The notes: a model not told the origin generated them from the letters alone. Shown: positions 21,340 to 32,800, counted from the stretch's first letter. The stretch is DNA of 64,000 nt from Paracoccaceae bacterium (GCA_965116235.1 OZ220496.1:2782693-2846692); one strand, 5' to 3'. Program-made: numbers and translations.

Positions 21340-21415
21340 ATGGAACCATCTGCCGCAAATTATTGCCAATCCGACATGAAAACACAAGAACCAAGCACAT
21401 ATATGGAGACTTCAT

Positions 21416-21493
21416 CGGGCCATAGCGCAGTCTGGTTAGCGCGTTCGTCTGGGGGACGAGAGGTCGTGAGTTCGAATCTCACTGGCCCGACCA
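21416..21493 (+). tRNA. tRNA-Pro (anticodon GGG)
   Basis: Folded by hand. Acceptor CGGGCCA/TGGCCCG, D stem GCGC/GCGC, anticodon stem TTCGT/ACGAG with loop CTGGGGG, T arm GTGAG-TTCGAAT-CTCAC, discriminator A, encoded CCA. Confidence 0.9.
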
Positions 21494-21511
21494 AACTTCT
21501 TTCCACAATTG

Positions 21512-22633
21512 ATGAAGCATGTGACGGTGCCTGAGCAATTTTCTGGCTTGCAAGGAGTTCTCTCGGACCGGCTCATCGCGCGGCTTTTCGAGCAGGGCGG
21601 CATCCACAGCGAGCATAGCCTTTCACCGGATCAGATCCAGCCGGCCAGCCTGGATTTGCGGCTGGGTCCGAAGGCTTATCGAGTCAGGGTGTCATTCCTC
21701 TCCGACCCCAACGGCACGATCAATGAGCGCATTGCCACCTACGGCATGCATGAAATCAACTTGGTCGCAGGAGCAGTACTGGAAAAGGGATGCGTCTATG
21801 TCATCCCCCTTCAAGAAAGTCTAAGACTGCCCGCCAAAATGTCCGGCGTGGCCAATGCAAAAAGTTCGACTGGCCGCCTGGATTTGCTGACCCGTCTGAT
21901 AACGGACAAAAGCACCGAATTTGATCGCGTTCAGGCAGGCTACACGGGTCCGCTTTATGCTGAGGTTTGTCCCAAGTCCTTTTCGGTTCTGGTTCGGGAA
22001 GGGATATCACTGAACCAGATTCGATTTTGCCAGGGTAAGGCGGAACTGTCCTCAGACGATCATCGTGAATTAAGTGCTGCCAACGGGCTGAATGCCTCGA
22101 AACTGGATTGGGGTGACGGTTTGGTGTTTTCCGTTGATCTCGAACTGGATGGCGGTATTGTCGGTTATCGAGCCAAGCCGCATACTGGCATTGTTGACTT
22201 GACCAAGTCCAACCACCACGATCCAAGGGACTTTTGGGATCCGGTATACGCCGAAAGCAAAAAACTGATTCTTGACCCCAGTTCATTTTACATTCTTGTG
22301 AGTCGGGAGGAAGTGACGATACCCCCCAGTTTTGCGGCTGAGATGGAACCCTACTTGCCCATGGTCGGCGAGTTCAGAGTTCATTATGCCGGCTTCTTTG
22401 ATCCGGGGTTTGGTCACGGCAATTCGGGTGGACGAGGTTCTAGAGGCGTTTTGGAGGTTCGTTGTCACGAAGTTCCGTTTTTGCTTGTGCATGGTCAGAA
22501 TGTGGGTCGGCTGGTGTTTGAAAAGATGCTTGAACCCCCAGCCAAACCTTACGGAACAAAGGTCAACTCAAACTATCAGGGGCAGAAGCTCAAACTCTCC
22601 CGTCACTTCAAGAGCGGATGGCAATTGGACTGA
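21512..22633 (+). CDS. 2'-deoxycytidine 5'-triphosphate deaminase, long (~370 aa) form
   Basis: The N-terminus with IQPASLDLRLG and the duplicated dUTPase-like fold match the long-form DCD family. The ATG at 21512 follows the TTG at 21509. Confidence 0.8.
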   Translation: MKHVTVPEQFSGLQGVLSDRLIARLFEQGGIHSEHSLSPDQIQPASLDLRLGPKAYRVRVSFLSDPNGTINERIATYGMHEINLVAGAVLEKGCVYVIPLQESLRLPAKMSGVANAKSSTGRLDLLTRLITDKSTEFDRVQAGYTGPLYAEVCPKSFSVLVREGISLNQIRFCQGKAELSSDDHRELSAANGLNASKLDWGDGLVFSVDLELDGGIVGYRAKPHTGIVDLTKSNHHDPRDFWDPVYAESKKLILDPSSFYILVSREEVTIPPSFAAEMEPYLPMVGEFRVHYAGFFDPGFGHGNSGGRGSRGVLEVRCHEVPFLLVHGQNVGRLVFEKMLEPPAKPYGTKVNSNYQGQKLKLSRHFKSGWQLD

Positions 22634-22728
22634 ATCCAACAGTTGGTCCGATTAGCAGAAACGCTGAATACGGACTCCGAAAAGAAGGGTGATTCCAACA
22701 GATCGGGTAAGGATTGACCTTCAGGCGA

Positions 22729-23790
22729 CTATATGTCCTTGATCATTTGCTCGTGATCGGCTTCGAGTTGTGATCTGCAGATCTCTGACGGTCTTGATCG
22801 GGCGTTGAAGGCATGCTGAGCCCTTTCCCAAGCGCCAGCACTCATGGACCCGGCTTTTAAGGCAACCTGATTCATCTCATTGAAATCACCGTTGCAGTGC
22901 AACATGACATCGCAGCCGGCCTGCAACGCCATTTCGGTTCTGGTCGCCATATTCCCCTCAAGCGCCGACATGGACAGATCATCCGTCATCAACAGACCAG
23001 CAAAGTTCAGGTCCTCACGGATGATTGAAATCACTTTATGGGACACGGTGGCGGGGAGATTGGCATCAATCTCACGGTACAGGACGTGGGCTGTCATGCC
23101 CAGAGGAACATCATGCAATTCCCTGAACGGTCGAAAATCTGAGGTCCTCAATTCATCCAGAGACCGTGTGCACACCGGCAATGCTGCATGACTATCGATA
23201 TTTGTGCTGCCGTGTCCAGGAATGTGCTTTAATACCGGCAAGACTCCACCGCTCAGACAGCCGTCTGCAACGCCCCTGGCGATCTGACCAACGTCGGCCG
23301 GACACATGCCATAACAGCGGTTCTTGAGAACGGGGTGGGTATCATCTGTCGCTGTATCGGCAATTGGCACACAGTTCGTGTCTATGCCCAGCTGCCGCAG
23401 TTCATCGGCAATGAGTCGATAGCGCATCCACATCACCTTTCGAGCCTTCTCCAGCGTCAGCTTGCTGCATATGTCAAGCGGAGGCAACCACTGGCGCCAA
23501 TGGGGCGGTCTCAGTCGCTGAACCCGTCCCCCCTCTTGGTCAATCATGATCAAAACCTCGAATCCAACTGTCTCACGCAACTCATCAATCAGGGACTTGA
23601 TTTGGCGCGAAGAACGGAGATTGCGATCAAACAGGATGAAGCCAATGGGTTGGGTTTCACGAAAAAAACCCTTTTCCCGAACCGTGAGCCTATGCCCGAG
23701 ACATCCAAAGATGTACGGACCCAAGGATGGGGCTACTTCATGGTCGTTGGCGTGCAATGCAGATATCCTCCAGCTCTGATTCGATTGCAT
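22729..23790 (-). CDS. nagZ: beta-N-acetylhexosaminidase (GH3)
   Basis: IMIDQEGGRVQRL and KHIPGHGSTNIDSH are GH3 NagZ motifs. The start overlaps the end of the upstream SPOR gene by 58 nt and may lie further in. Confidence 0.9.
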   Translation of the reverse strand: MQSNQSWRISALHANDHEVAPSLGPYIFGCLGHRLTVREKGFFRETQPIGFILFDRNLRSSRQIKSLIDELRETVGFEVLIMIDQEGGRVQRLRPPHWRQWLPPLDICSKLTLEKARKVMWMRYRLIADELRQLGIDTNCVPIADTATDDTHPVLKNRCYGMCPADVGQIARGVADGCLSGGVLPVLKHIPGHGSTNIDSHAALPVCTRSLDELRTSDFRPFRELHDVPLGMTAHVLYREIDANLPATVSHKVISIIREDLNFAGLLMTDDLSMSALEGNMATRTEMALQAGCDVMLHCNGDFNEMNQVALKAGSMSAGAWERAQHAFNARSRPSEICRSQLEADHEQMIKDI

Positions 23791-24539
23791 AACTCCTGGG
23801 CATCAGCCAGCATGCTGAAGCCCAGCCCGTGCAAGCGAAAGGTGATCGACTCCTCCCCGTCGAAACGCAGGATGGTCCAATCCTTGTTGCCCATAAGTGA
23901 ACGATACGTGCCTTGAAATTCCAACCAGCGATTTTTGGCCAATGTCTGATCCGGATAAGAGCCGAGATATACCATTATTGTCCCGCGGGCAATATCCTCG
24001 GGCGCACGTTGCCGGCCTGTCGTGGCAATTGAGTCTTGCTGACGTGTCAAAGCCCTTTTCTTTTGGGGATCGGCCTGTTCCTGATCGTAGGCAGCAAAGA
24101 ACTCGGCCAAAATATCCTGAGCCGACTTGCCGAGAGGAGCATCTCCTTCAGCCGACATGTCCTTTTGTTCGAGTCTGATTCCCCTTTCATTGAGCGACCG
24201 GGCATCATCGGGAAGTTCGACAGGGGGTGAAGCAAAGGTTACAACCTGCAACTTGTCAAGATCGAAGCCTCCCCCTTCGACCAGTTCATTGACTGGCTGA
24301 TCGACAAAACTGGCTTCCTTGCCTCCCTGATCCACCGGCTTCACCCACAGGGATCCCGGCGAAGAAATGACAGGAATTTCCCTGTTTTCCGAAAAGCGCA
24401 TCCCTTTAGCCGAATCGTATGCGATGTAGCCCAGGCCGCCGGAAACGACAATGGCAAGACTCGATACAGCCGGAATGGCAAGACGTTTCGGGTTGAATTT
24501 CCGGCTCTGTCGATAACTGGGGCCCGATTTCGTTGTCAT
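23733..24539 (-). CDS. SPOR domain-containing protein
   Basis: N-terminal TM segment (LAIPAVSSLAIVVSGGLGYIA), a low-complexity linker, and a C-terminal SPOR-like MVYLGSYPDQTLAKNRW...FRLHGLGFSMLADAQELC. It sits between argS and nagZ. Confidence 0.8.
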   Translation of the reverse strand: MTTKSGPSYRQSRKFNPKRLAIPAVSSLAIVVSGGLGYIAYDSAKGMRFSENREIPVISSPGSLWVKPVDQGGKEASFVDQPVNELVEGGGFDLDKLQVVTFASPPVELPDDARSLNERGIRLEQKDMSAEGDAPLGKSAQDILAEFFAAYDQEQADPQKKRALTRQQDSIATTGRQRAPEDIARGTIMVYLGSYPDQTLAKNRWLEFQGTYRSLMGNKDWTILRFDGEESITFRLHGLGFSMLADAQELCNRIRAGGYLHCTPTTMK

Positions 24540-24567
24540 CGTTTCATTGGCGTTGTCTGTTGTCCGA

Positions 24568-26310
24568 CTACATTCTGTTTACAGGAGTCACCCCTATGAT
24601 GCCCAATCCAAGCGCGATGATGATGCCTGTTGTCCGAGCCAAAGCGAGTCCGGCCATCGATGCGGGGACATCATCCTTCTTCAGGATGCGAAGGTTTGCC
24701 TGTTCATTTCCCTGGGCCCAGAAGGAGTGGAACTCTGAGACCAGTTCAATCAGATAAAAGACAAGGCGATGCGGTTCTCTATGCCTGGAAGCCAATTCGA
24801 CCGTACGGGGCCAATCGGCCAGCCGACGCAGGAAATTGACATGGGCCGGTGCAGACAGATGGCTGAGATCGGCTTGGGCAAGACTCTTGTCATCGATCTC
24901 AAGCCCGGCCTCAGAGGCTCGGGCCAAGAGTGAGCATATGCGGGCATGAGCATATTGAACATAAAACACCGGATTGTCCTTGGATTGCTCCTGTACCTTG
25001 TGGTAGTCAAAATCCAACGTCGCTTCGTTCTTGCGCATCAACATCACGAAGCGCGTAACATCGGGACCGACTGTGTCCAAGGCCTCGTCCAGCATCACAA
25101 AATTGCCGGCCCTCTTGGACATCTTCAGCTTTTCACTGCCCTGAAACACATTGACCTGCTGCATGAGTTTGATGCTGAAACGGACTTTGTCGCCGCCGAA
25201 TGCCTTGACAATGGCCGTCAGCCGCTTGACATATCCACCGTGATCAGACCCGAAAATATTGATCAGCTCATCAAAGCCACGACTTATTTTGTCAAAATGA
25301 TAGGCAATGTCGGGAGCAAAATAGGTCCAGCTGCCATCGGATTTCCTGATCGGACGATCGACATCATCGCCATGGTTCGTTGACTTGACGAGCGTCTGCC
25401 GTCGAGGTTCCCAATCTTCAGGAAGCCGGCCTTTTGGCGGTTCCAGGATTCCTTCATAAATCAGGTCCAAATCCTTCAGCTTCTGGATGGATTCCTCAAT
25501 TCGACCGTAATGCAGAAGCGTCTTTTCGTGAACAAAATTGTCCATCCTGACACCAAGTCGCTCAAGATCGTGCTTGATCAGCCCAAGCATGTGCTGAAGG
25601 GAATAGTCTCGAACCCTGTCAATCCACTCACTCTCAGGCCGGTCAAGAAGCGCGGTTCCAAATTCACCCTTCAGTCCTTCGCCGACAGCAACCAGATAGT
25701 CACCGCCATAGCCGTCGGCTCCAAAGACCACATCACGTCCATGTGCCTCCATGTATCGGAGGTAGGCTGACCGGGCAAGAGTATCAACTTGGCCCCCGCC
25801 ATCATTGACATAGTATTCCCTGACAACATGATAGCCGACAAACTCAAGCAATCGTCCCAAGGCATCACCGAATACGGCGCCACGCGCATGACCAATGTGC
25901 AGAGGACCGGTCGGGTTGGCTGAAACGAACTCCAAGTTGACCTTTCGCCCCTGCCCCTGATCAACTTGTCCAAAGTGCTGCGGATCTTCCAGTGCACTGC
26001 CAATGACCCGGTGCCAAAATTCTGGCTTCATTGTCAGATTGACAAACCCCGGACCGGCAATGTCCAGAGATCGAATCCTCTCGTCGGATCGGAGCCGGGC
26101 AACCAGGATTTCAGCCAGCTGGCGTGGACCGGCATTCGCGTGCCGGGCCAGAACGATGGCGGCGTTGGTCGACATTTCTCCATGCCCCTCGTTTTTGGGA
26201 CGTTCAAGGGTAACGCCATCAAAGGAGCAATCGCTCGCAATAATGCCTTCGCTTTTCAGCCTGTGCAAGTGCTTCTCAATGTCTGTCTTCAGTTCAGAAA
26301 TCATACCCAT
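24568..26310 (-). CDS. argS: arginine--tRNA ligase
   Basis: 580 aa with SANPTGPLHIGHARG (HIGH) and KMSKRAG (KMSKS-type) motifs. Confidence 0.97.
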   Translation of the reverse strand: MGMISELKTDIEKHLHRLKSEGIIASDCSFDGVTLERPKNEGHGEMSTNAAIVLARHANAGPRQLAEILVARLRSDERIRSLDIAGPGFVNLTMKPEFWHRVIGSALEDPQHFGQVDQGQGRKVNLEFVSANPTGPLHIGHARGAVFGDALGRLLEFVGYHVVREYYVNDGGGQVDTLARSAYLRYMEAHGRDVVFGADGYGGDYLVAVGEGLKGEFGTALLDRPESEWIDRVRDYSLQHMLGLIKHDLERLGVRMDNFVHEKTLLHYGRIEESIQKLKDLDLIYEGILEPPKGRLPEDWEPRRQTLVKSTNHGDDVDRPIRKSDGSWTYFAPDIAYHFDKISRGFDELINIFGSDHGGYVKRLTAIVKAFGGDKVRFSIKLMQQVNVFQGSEKLKMSKRAGNFVMLDEALDTVGPDVTRFVMLMRKNEATLDFDYHKVQEQSKDNPVFYVQYAHARICSLLARASEAGLEIDDKSLAQADLSHLSAPAHVNFLRRLADWPRTVELASRHREPHRLVFYLIELVSEFHSFWAQGNEQANLRILKKDDVPASMAGLALARTTGIIIALGLGIIGVTPVNRM

Positions 26311-26393
26311 GCACCTAACAACTCTTCTCTTTCAGACCGTTTCACGACTTGGCTCAGGCAAACCCCTGCCCCTTTCTCTTGCAAGGGGCAAGC

Positions 26394-27551
26394 CTACATG
26401 ATTCCGTCCACTTCTTTCGGCTGCACGATTCCCTTATCTTGAGCCGTTTGGATTGTAAACCGGTCCGTCATTCCAGCGATGTAGTCACCGACCAGTCTTC
26501 GGCGGCAAAACCGCCCTTCATCGATTCGGCCCTGCCAATTTTCGGGCAGGCTGGAAGGGTTTTCCAGATAATAATGAAACAGCTTTGTCAGAAGGCCCTG
26601 AATCCTGGCCTTTTTGCCCTTAATCAAGTCGCTATGGTACAAATTGGCTTTCAGATAGGCACTGATCTCCCTGAGATAATCAAGGCCGTCGTCAGAAAAG
26701 GCGATGACCGGCTTGCCGTAGAGACGAACTTCTTCGGTATTGGCAAAGGCGTTTTCATCCAAAATGCGTTTCGATTCTTTTGTGATATCGCCCATGAAGT
26801 AATTGAACGTTTGACGAATGACGTTGGCCCTTAGCCGATGACTGTCGACTGTCGGATTGTCACCTTCCAATGATGTACATATGCAGCCAATGAGCCGCAG
26901 CTGCCTTGCGTCGTCCAAATCGATGACTCCAGCCCGCATGCCATCATGCAGGTCATGCGAGTTGTAGACTATGTCATCGGCTAGAGCCGCCACTTGCGCT
27001 TCACAACTGGCGTGAACACCCAATCGAAGGTCGTGACGCTGGTTATAGTGTGCCGTAATGAAGGGTATGTCCCGCGTTACCGGACCATTATGCTTGGCAA
27101 TTCCTTCCAAGCTGGCCCAAGACAGATTCAAACCGTCAAAACCAACATACGGGCTCGACAGATAGGTTACGATTTGCAGGGCTTGGGCATTATGATTGAA
27201 CCCTCCCACCCCGGCAAGCAGGCTGTCCAGTATGCTCTCTCCCATATGTCCGAAAGGGGGATGGCCAATATCATGAGCCAAAGCAATCACCTCAGCCAAT
27301 TGAGGATTCAACCTCAGTTGCCGGGCAATCGATCGTGATGCTCGCGAAACTTCAATCGTATGTGTCAGACGTGTACGAAAGTGATCCCGGTTCGAGGCAA
27401 TCCAGACCTGTGTCTTATCGGTTAAACGTCGAAATGCTGTAGTGTGAACGACACGGTCACCATCACGCACAAACGGTGATCTGTCATCAAAGGCCGCTTC
27501 GCGGTACAACCGGCCCGGATCAGTCTTGGCACTGACGGCACAATCACGCAA
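26394..27551 (-). CDS. dgt: deoxyguanosinetriphosphate triphosphohydrolase-like (HD domain) protein
   Basis: FRTRLTHTIEV, LAHDIGHPPFGH and DDIVYNSHDLHDG are HD-domain dGTPase motifs. The start is a TTG. Confidence 0.9.
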   Translation of the reverse strand: MRDCAVSAKTDPGRLYREAAFDDRSPFVRDGDRVVHTTAFRRLTDKTQVWIASNRDHFRTRLTHTIEVSRASRSIARQLRLNPQLAEVIALAHDIGHPPFGHMGESILDSLLAGVGGFNHNAQALQIVTYLSSPYVGFDGLNLSWASLEGIAKHNGPVTRDIPFITAHYNQRHDLRLGVHASCEAQVAALADDIVYNSHDLHDGMRAGVIDLDDARQLRLIGCICTSLEGDNPTVDSHRLRANVIRQTFNYFMGDITKESKRILDENAFANTEEVRLYGKPVIAFSDDGLDYLREISAYLKANLYHSDLIKGKKARIQGLLTKLFHYYLENPSSLPENWQGRIDEGRFCRRRLVGDYIAGMTDRFTIQTAQDKGIVQPKEVDGIM

Positions 27552-27612
27552 CGGCCCTGCTCACTCCCAAACTTGTTTCCATGCCTCAATTTTCTTGTCG
27601 ATTTGACAGCCG

Positions 27613-27996
27613 TTGCTTATATGTCAAATCTATACTTCATCTGAATTTTGGCAACCACAAACCTTAACATTGTTCATACCTCCTCGAGTTTCAGAACGGG
27701 CTTTCAAGCGCTTGGCCGATATCAACGCCCAGCAGGATGCATCCCGGTGCCTGCGCGTGGCAGTCAAAGGGGGCGGGTGCTCGGGGTTTCAGTATGAAAT
27801 CGCGTTCGATGAACCTCAGGAAGACGATTTGAAGATTGAACAGGACGGACAAACTGTTTTGGTTGACGAGATGTCCCTGCCCTTTCTGGACAATGCGGTC
27901 ATTGACTATAGCGAGGAAATCATCGGAGCAAAATTCGTCGTGAACAATCCCAATGCCAAGTCAACCTGCGGATGCTCCCTCAGTTTCTCGCTTTGA
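27613..27996 (+). CDS. erpA: iron-sulfur cluster insertion protein (HesB/IscA/ErpA family)
   Basis: VKGGGCSGFQY and a C-terminal CGCSLSF. There is no ATG. The track start is the TTG at 27613, and an in-frame TTG at 27670 would give a typical 108 aa. Confidence 0.85.
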   Translation: MLICQIYTSSEFWQPQTLTLFIPPRVSERAFKRLADINAQQDASRCLRVAVKGGGCSGFQYEIAFDEPQEDDLKIEQDGQTVLVDEMSLPFLDNAVIDYSEEIIGAKFVVNNPNAKSTCGCSLSFSL

Positions 27997-28006
27997 CGGT
28001 GCCACG

Positions 28007-28789
28007 GTGAAAATTGCGACATACAACGTCAATGGTATCCGGGTTCGACTACCCCGGCTGCTGGACTGGTTGAACGAACGCGAGCCGGATGTGGCACTTC
28101 TGCAGGAAATCAAATGCGAAGACCATCTCTTTCCGCATCAGCCGCTCAGCGATATGGGATACAACATCGAGACTCATGGACAGAAGGGATTCAATGGCGT
28201 GGCCGTCCTCTCCAAGTATCCTCTGAACGATGTTATTCGCGGCTTGCCGAACGAGCCCGAGGACACTCAATCGCGGTGGATTGAGGCCAGTATCGGTCTC
28301 AAGGAACACTCACTGAGGGTGTGTTGCCTGTACTTGCCGAACGGCAACCCGGCTGACAGTGAAAAATACGATTACAAGATACGGTGGCTAAGGCGACTGC
28401 AGAAAAGAGCGTCTGAATTGCTTGATAATGAAGATCCCCTGGTCATTGCCGGAGACTATAACGTCATACCGCAGGCTGAAGATGCCCGTTTTCCGGATAA
28501 CTGGATCGATGACGCCCTGTTTCGGCTCGAAACCCGAACTGAGTGGCGCAAGCTCCTGAACTCGGGATTGCACGACGCCTATCGTCTGTGCCATCCCTTT
28601 TCAACCGAATATACGTTCTGGGACTTTCAAGCCAACGCCTGGCAAATCAACAATGGAATCAGAATTGATCATCTTCTGATCTCAGCCCAGAGCGCCGATT
28701 TGCTGCGCGATTGCCAGATTGACAGGCACGTCAGGGGATGGGCAAAACCTTCTGACCACGTTCCCATTTGGGTTGATTTGGATTGTTAA
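28007..28789 (+). CDS. xthA: exodeoxyribonuclease III
   Basis: VKIATYNVNGIR...LLQEIK...WDFQ...RIDHLL...SDHVPIW. The GTG at 28007 gives the canonical MKIATxNVN N-terminus. The ATG at 27953 would overlap erpA by 44 nt. Confidence 0.92.
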   Translation: MKIATYNVNGIRVRLPRLLDWLNEREPDVALLQEIKCEDHLFPHQPLSDMGYNIETHGQKGFNGVAVLSKYPLNDVIRGLPNEPEDTQSRWIEASIGLKEHSLRVCCLYLPNGNPADSEKYDYKIRWLRRLQKRASELLDNEDPLVIAGDYNVIPQAEDARFPDNWIDDALFRLETRTEWRKLLNSGLHDAYRLCHPFSTEYTFWDFQANAWQINNGIRIDHLLISAQSADLLRDCQIDRHVRGWAKPSDHVPIWVDLDC

Positions 28790-29757
28790 CGCCTGTAAAT
28801 TGCATGGCGTTGGGTCCCAACAGGTCTGGACTGTTTCCGACTTGGAACCTTGCCTGCCATTCACCGATCGATCTGGCCATTGGCTGTAATGCCATGGATC
28901 TGACTCCGGGAGCAATGTCGGACCCTTGATTTCGATACTGGCTTGATCATTGATCTCCCGATTCGACGGAATGGGATCACCGAGACGCCGGCTTAGGGAA
29001 GGGAAGTCAACGTGACACGCTGCGGGGCTAAAGGTCAATCGGGAAAATGCACCGACAATGGTGCTCCTGCATGCGAAAGAGGAGCTTGACTGGAACGACA
29101 ATCAAGGAGTGGGATGTCATCGTGACGCGCTTTTAGGCCGCCCTTCCAAAGCTGAATTTCTGCAACCTTGCAAGAACAGGCACTATTCTCACTTTGGGAT
29201 GGTGTCCGGCTGGACCGGTTTCAGGTGATGCGCACGCCCGGAAGCTTCAAGGCCTGCTCCTGCAGCAGGATCGGTGCCATCATCAGTTTGGCAAGGCGCA
29301 GAAACGGCTGTCTGTCGGGTGGCCGCCTTGGGCTGGGCTTGGGACAATGGGTCGCCGGTGCCACGCCCGATGATCACGCCGGAAGGCCGTCATCATGGAA
29401 CAGAAGGGTTTGCCCGGTCGTGCGCATGAGCCATTCGGCATATCGGGCCAGCATGGCACAGCCAAACATGGATGCGTCCACGACAAGCCCGATGATGAGA
29501 CCGGCCGCACCTTCCGATCCATGGTGTTCAGGCTTCCGACAGCGTGACCCCCACGAGGCCGTCGCTTGTTGGACCGTACGGTCTCATCGGTCATGTCCCG
29601 GCCGGCTGAGCCGACACGACCGGAGGCCGTCCAAGGTTGCTTCGGCGCGATGTTGACAGCCCTTTGACACCCGGTGAGTCCACTGGCTCGCGTCTGAAGG
29701 TCACGTGCGGTTTCATCCTGTATCGCTCCTGACGGGGGCCGGCCGCCGGCCTGCGCC

Positions 29758-29776
29758 GATGCCGACAACCGGCATC
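29758..29776 (-). terminator. hairpin just downstream of the left autotransporter stop
   Basis: GATGCCG-N5-CGGCATC stem-loop 33 nt after the stop, followed by a GGCCGGCGGCCGGCC palindrome. There is no U-tract, so function is uncertain. It is conserved in the right arm. Confidence 0.35.
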
Positions 29777-29808
29777 GCTCCGCAACCCGACGGCCTTCCG
29801 TCTCCCAA

Positions 29809-32800
29809 TCAGAAGCGGAAGGTCACGGACAGACCGCCCCCAAAGTCGGTGTTGTCGCTCCCCGCCGTCGCATAAAAGGCATCCCCCGTCAGTAGCGTCG
29901 TGTCGTGGCCGCCCAGAGACATCGCCCCGCCCACGCCCAGACGCACCCAGGTCGGCTTCACCTCCGTCGCCAGCCGGGTGCCGGCCACCATCACCGCATG
30001 CTTGGACGAGAACTCATGCTCCAGATCCAAAGACGCATACAGCCGACCGTCGGTATCCTCCGGACCCAACTCGGCCAAGACACCTACACGACCCTGAACG
30101 CTCTGCTCCTTGTCCGGAGCAACCCGGCCGGCTCCATCGATCCGGGTCGGTTCGTCAAAGGCGTCCATGTCCACCGATGACCAAGACAGACCCCCACGCG
30201 GAATCACGGTCATGCCTCCCATACTCATCGGCTGACCGACTTCCACTCCGAGCGCCAGACCGTTGCCACCTCCCTTGGAGGTGATCGCACCGACCGCACT
30301 GTTGGCCGACACCATCGTGATATCAAAGAACCGGGTGTAGCTCAGCTGGCCGTCCACATACAGCCCGCGGTCGTCCGTCCAGGTCAGGGACAGGCCCACA
30401 CCGGTGCCGCTCGCTTCCATGGTGCCACCCTTCTTGACGGTGGCCTCACTTTGCCGGTAGTGGGCACTCACGCCCAGCACCAGACGCTCATCGGTCGGCA
30501 CTTCCAGACCCGCCTCAAAGTCGGTCTGCTTGACATCCCATGCCAGAGACTGACGCCAAAAGTCCTGGGCCGTCGTCGATGTATCGGCCATCCGCTCACC
30601 GTCACGGACCGCCAGACGTACCCAGACACCCGTGCGGGAACTTGGAGTTACCACATGCTCGCCCTTGCTGCTCTCGACCATGACCTCCTCGTCGCCGGTG
30701 GTCCGGCGGGGCACCGCCATGCGCGTACTGTAGGGCGTCAGGTCCACCAGACCCAGAAGCACCGACGGCAACACCTCATACAGACGCGCCCGATGGCTGT
30801 ACAGACGCAAGACCGGAGCCGACGGATCATCCTCGAATTGGTAACCATCCGTAATCTTCTCGAGCTGGGCCTTGAACACCTGTTCGTACACACCCATCCG
30901 GTCGCCACGGCGGTAGACATGATCATTCACCTTCAGATCATTCTCGGTTCCGGATGCACTGCGGGTCTTGAACTCGAGTGTGGAACGGGTCCTCTCCTTG
31001 TTCTCTTCTTCTATATCCTGGGCCGCGGACACGCGGTTCAGGATCTTGCCTTCGACATGACCCACGACACCCGCCTCATCCTTCTCCAGAATCACCGCGA
31101 CAACTTCGGCCTGGTCATCGTCAGCCTTGGGATCCACCTCGATGGCCACGCCGGATTTCGCCTTGACATGCGCGCGAGGACCAATCACGATCGTGCCACC
31201 CCCCTTCTCGCTCGCGCCTAGCGCGACTATGCTGCTTCTCCGGATGCGCACGCCGGCACATATGTTCTGGCCCGTCTTCGTGTTGGTGCATGCCGAGTCA
31301 CCACCCATGACCGTACCGCGGATGGTAAGAGCAAACTTGTCGACGGCCGAGCCGCGCTTGTCGACCATGATGCCATAATGGTCCGCCGTGATCACGCTGC
31401 CTTCCTTGGTCTCGACCGTGGCCGTGGCACCAGCGTAAGCACGGGCACGGATGCCAACCTTCTTCGCCGTGATGCGGCTGCCCGCCTCCATCGTGATCGA
31501 TACGGCCTTGTAGCCTTGCGCATGAATGCCCGCAGGTGATGTGCCCGTAGTAGGTTCTGCACCCGCCGTGATCTTGCCTCTGTGGGTGATCGTGATGGTA
31601 CCGGTGCGGTCGGGGTCAAGGTAAACCGCAATCCCATATCCGCTTGCCACAATCTCGCTGTCCGCTCCTGTCTTAATCACGACGTCGCCCCCGGCTGTCG
31701 TTTCGCCAGGATCTAGGAGTCGTACATACATCCCAAAATTGTCTTCGGTGAGTATACTCCCCAAGTGCCTGATCATGATTTTGCCTTTGGCGTCTGCGGT
31801 TAGATCCATATTGATGCCGTACTCCTGCGCCTTTATGCTGCTGCCTGGCATCGTTGTGACCGTGACGTCTCGGATGCCTTTCGCTTCAATACCATGTCCA
31901 GCCGCATCGATCAGGCCTCCGTGGGTGATCCTGATGTTGCCGATGCGTTTATTTCCGCCAATCTCGGCCTTGATCCCATACGGGTAGACTCCATTGTCAC
32001 TGGCTGATTGGTTTCGGTTCGTCTTGATCTTGCTGCCCGCTCCCGTCTCAATCACGATGTCGCCCTTGATCCCGCTCCCGCTTGTGGGATCCTCCAGGGA
32101 TGCACTTATTCCATGCGTGGCATATATTGCGCCTTGGTGCGTGATCGTGATTGTGCCGACACCCGCGGGCTTTATAGCTGCGACAATGCCATACGCACTG
32201 ATGGGGTTGCCATCCGCGCCGAGCGTCACTCCGGGATCAACCGTAATCGTGATACCACCCTTGGCATGCTGCTCGACATCCATGCCATAGCCCTGCTCAT
32301 AATTCTCGCCGCTGTCATGCGCAAGAATGGAACCGCCCTTGAGATGGACCGTGATCGGTATCGTCGTGCCCGCGGCGGCTTCGTCAGTGCGAACGTGGAT
32401 GCCTTTTTTGGGACCGCGCGGCACCGGCAGCGGCGGCGTCGCCTTCGACACGTCAATTGTGGCGCTCGACTCAAGATGGATGCCCCCGGTCACCCCGTCC
32501 TTTTTATTGGCCTTGTCTTCGGCTTCCCCCGTGTGTTTAAGGTCAATGCCCAATAATCCCCCAGCACCCGAGGTAGTGATGATGCTCTTTTCGTCCAGTA
32601 CGAGCTTGAGCAAGCCGGTTCCGGCACGCTCCATGCCTATGCCCGTGCCCTGCGAATAGGTCGCGATACGGCCTGTGACCACAACATCACGGGCGCCACC
32701 AGTTGTGGCGGTAATGCTGAGGGCACCGCCGGTGAGGTGTTTTGCGGTTGGGCTTTCGCCAAGCACGGCCCCGTTCAAGTCCAGTGTCAGACCTCCGGTC

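Noticed and set aside
28682-29101. 139 aa minus-strand ORF between xthA and the left arm.
   Set aside because: It overlaps the 3' end of xthA and is Ser/Pro-rich with no motifs.
29591-29785. Small ORF downstream of each autotransporter (MKPHVTFRREPVDSPGVKGLSTSRR..., with an AGGAG upstream; right copy 51545-51802).
   Set aside because: The stop position differs between the two copies (41 versus about 60+ codons from the internal ATG). The composition is Arg/Pro-rich, and substitutions show no codon periodicity.
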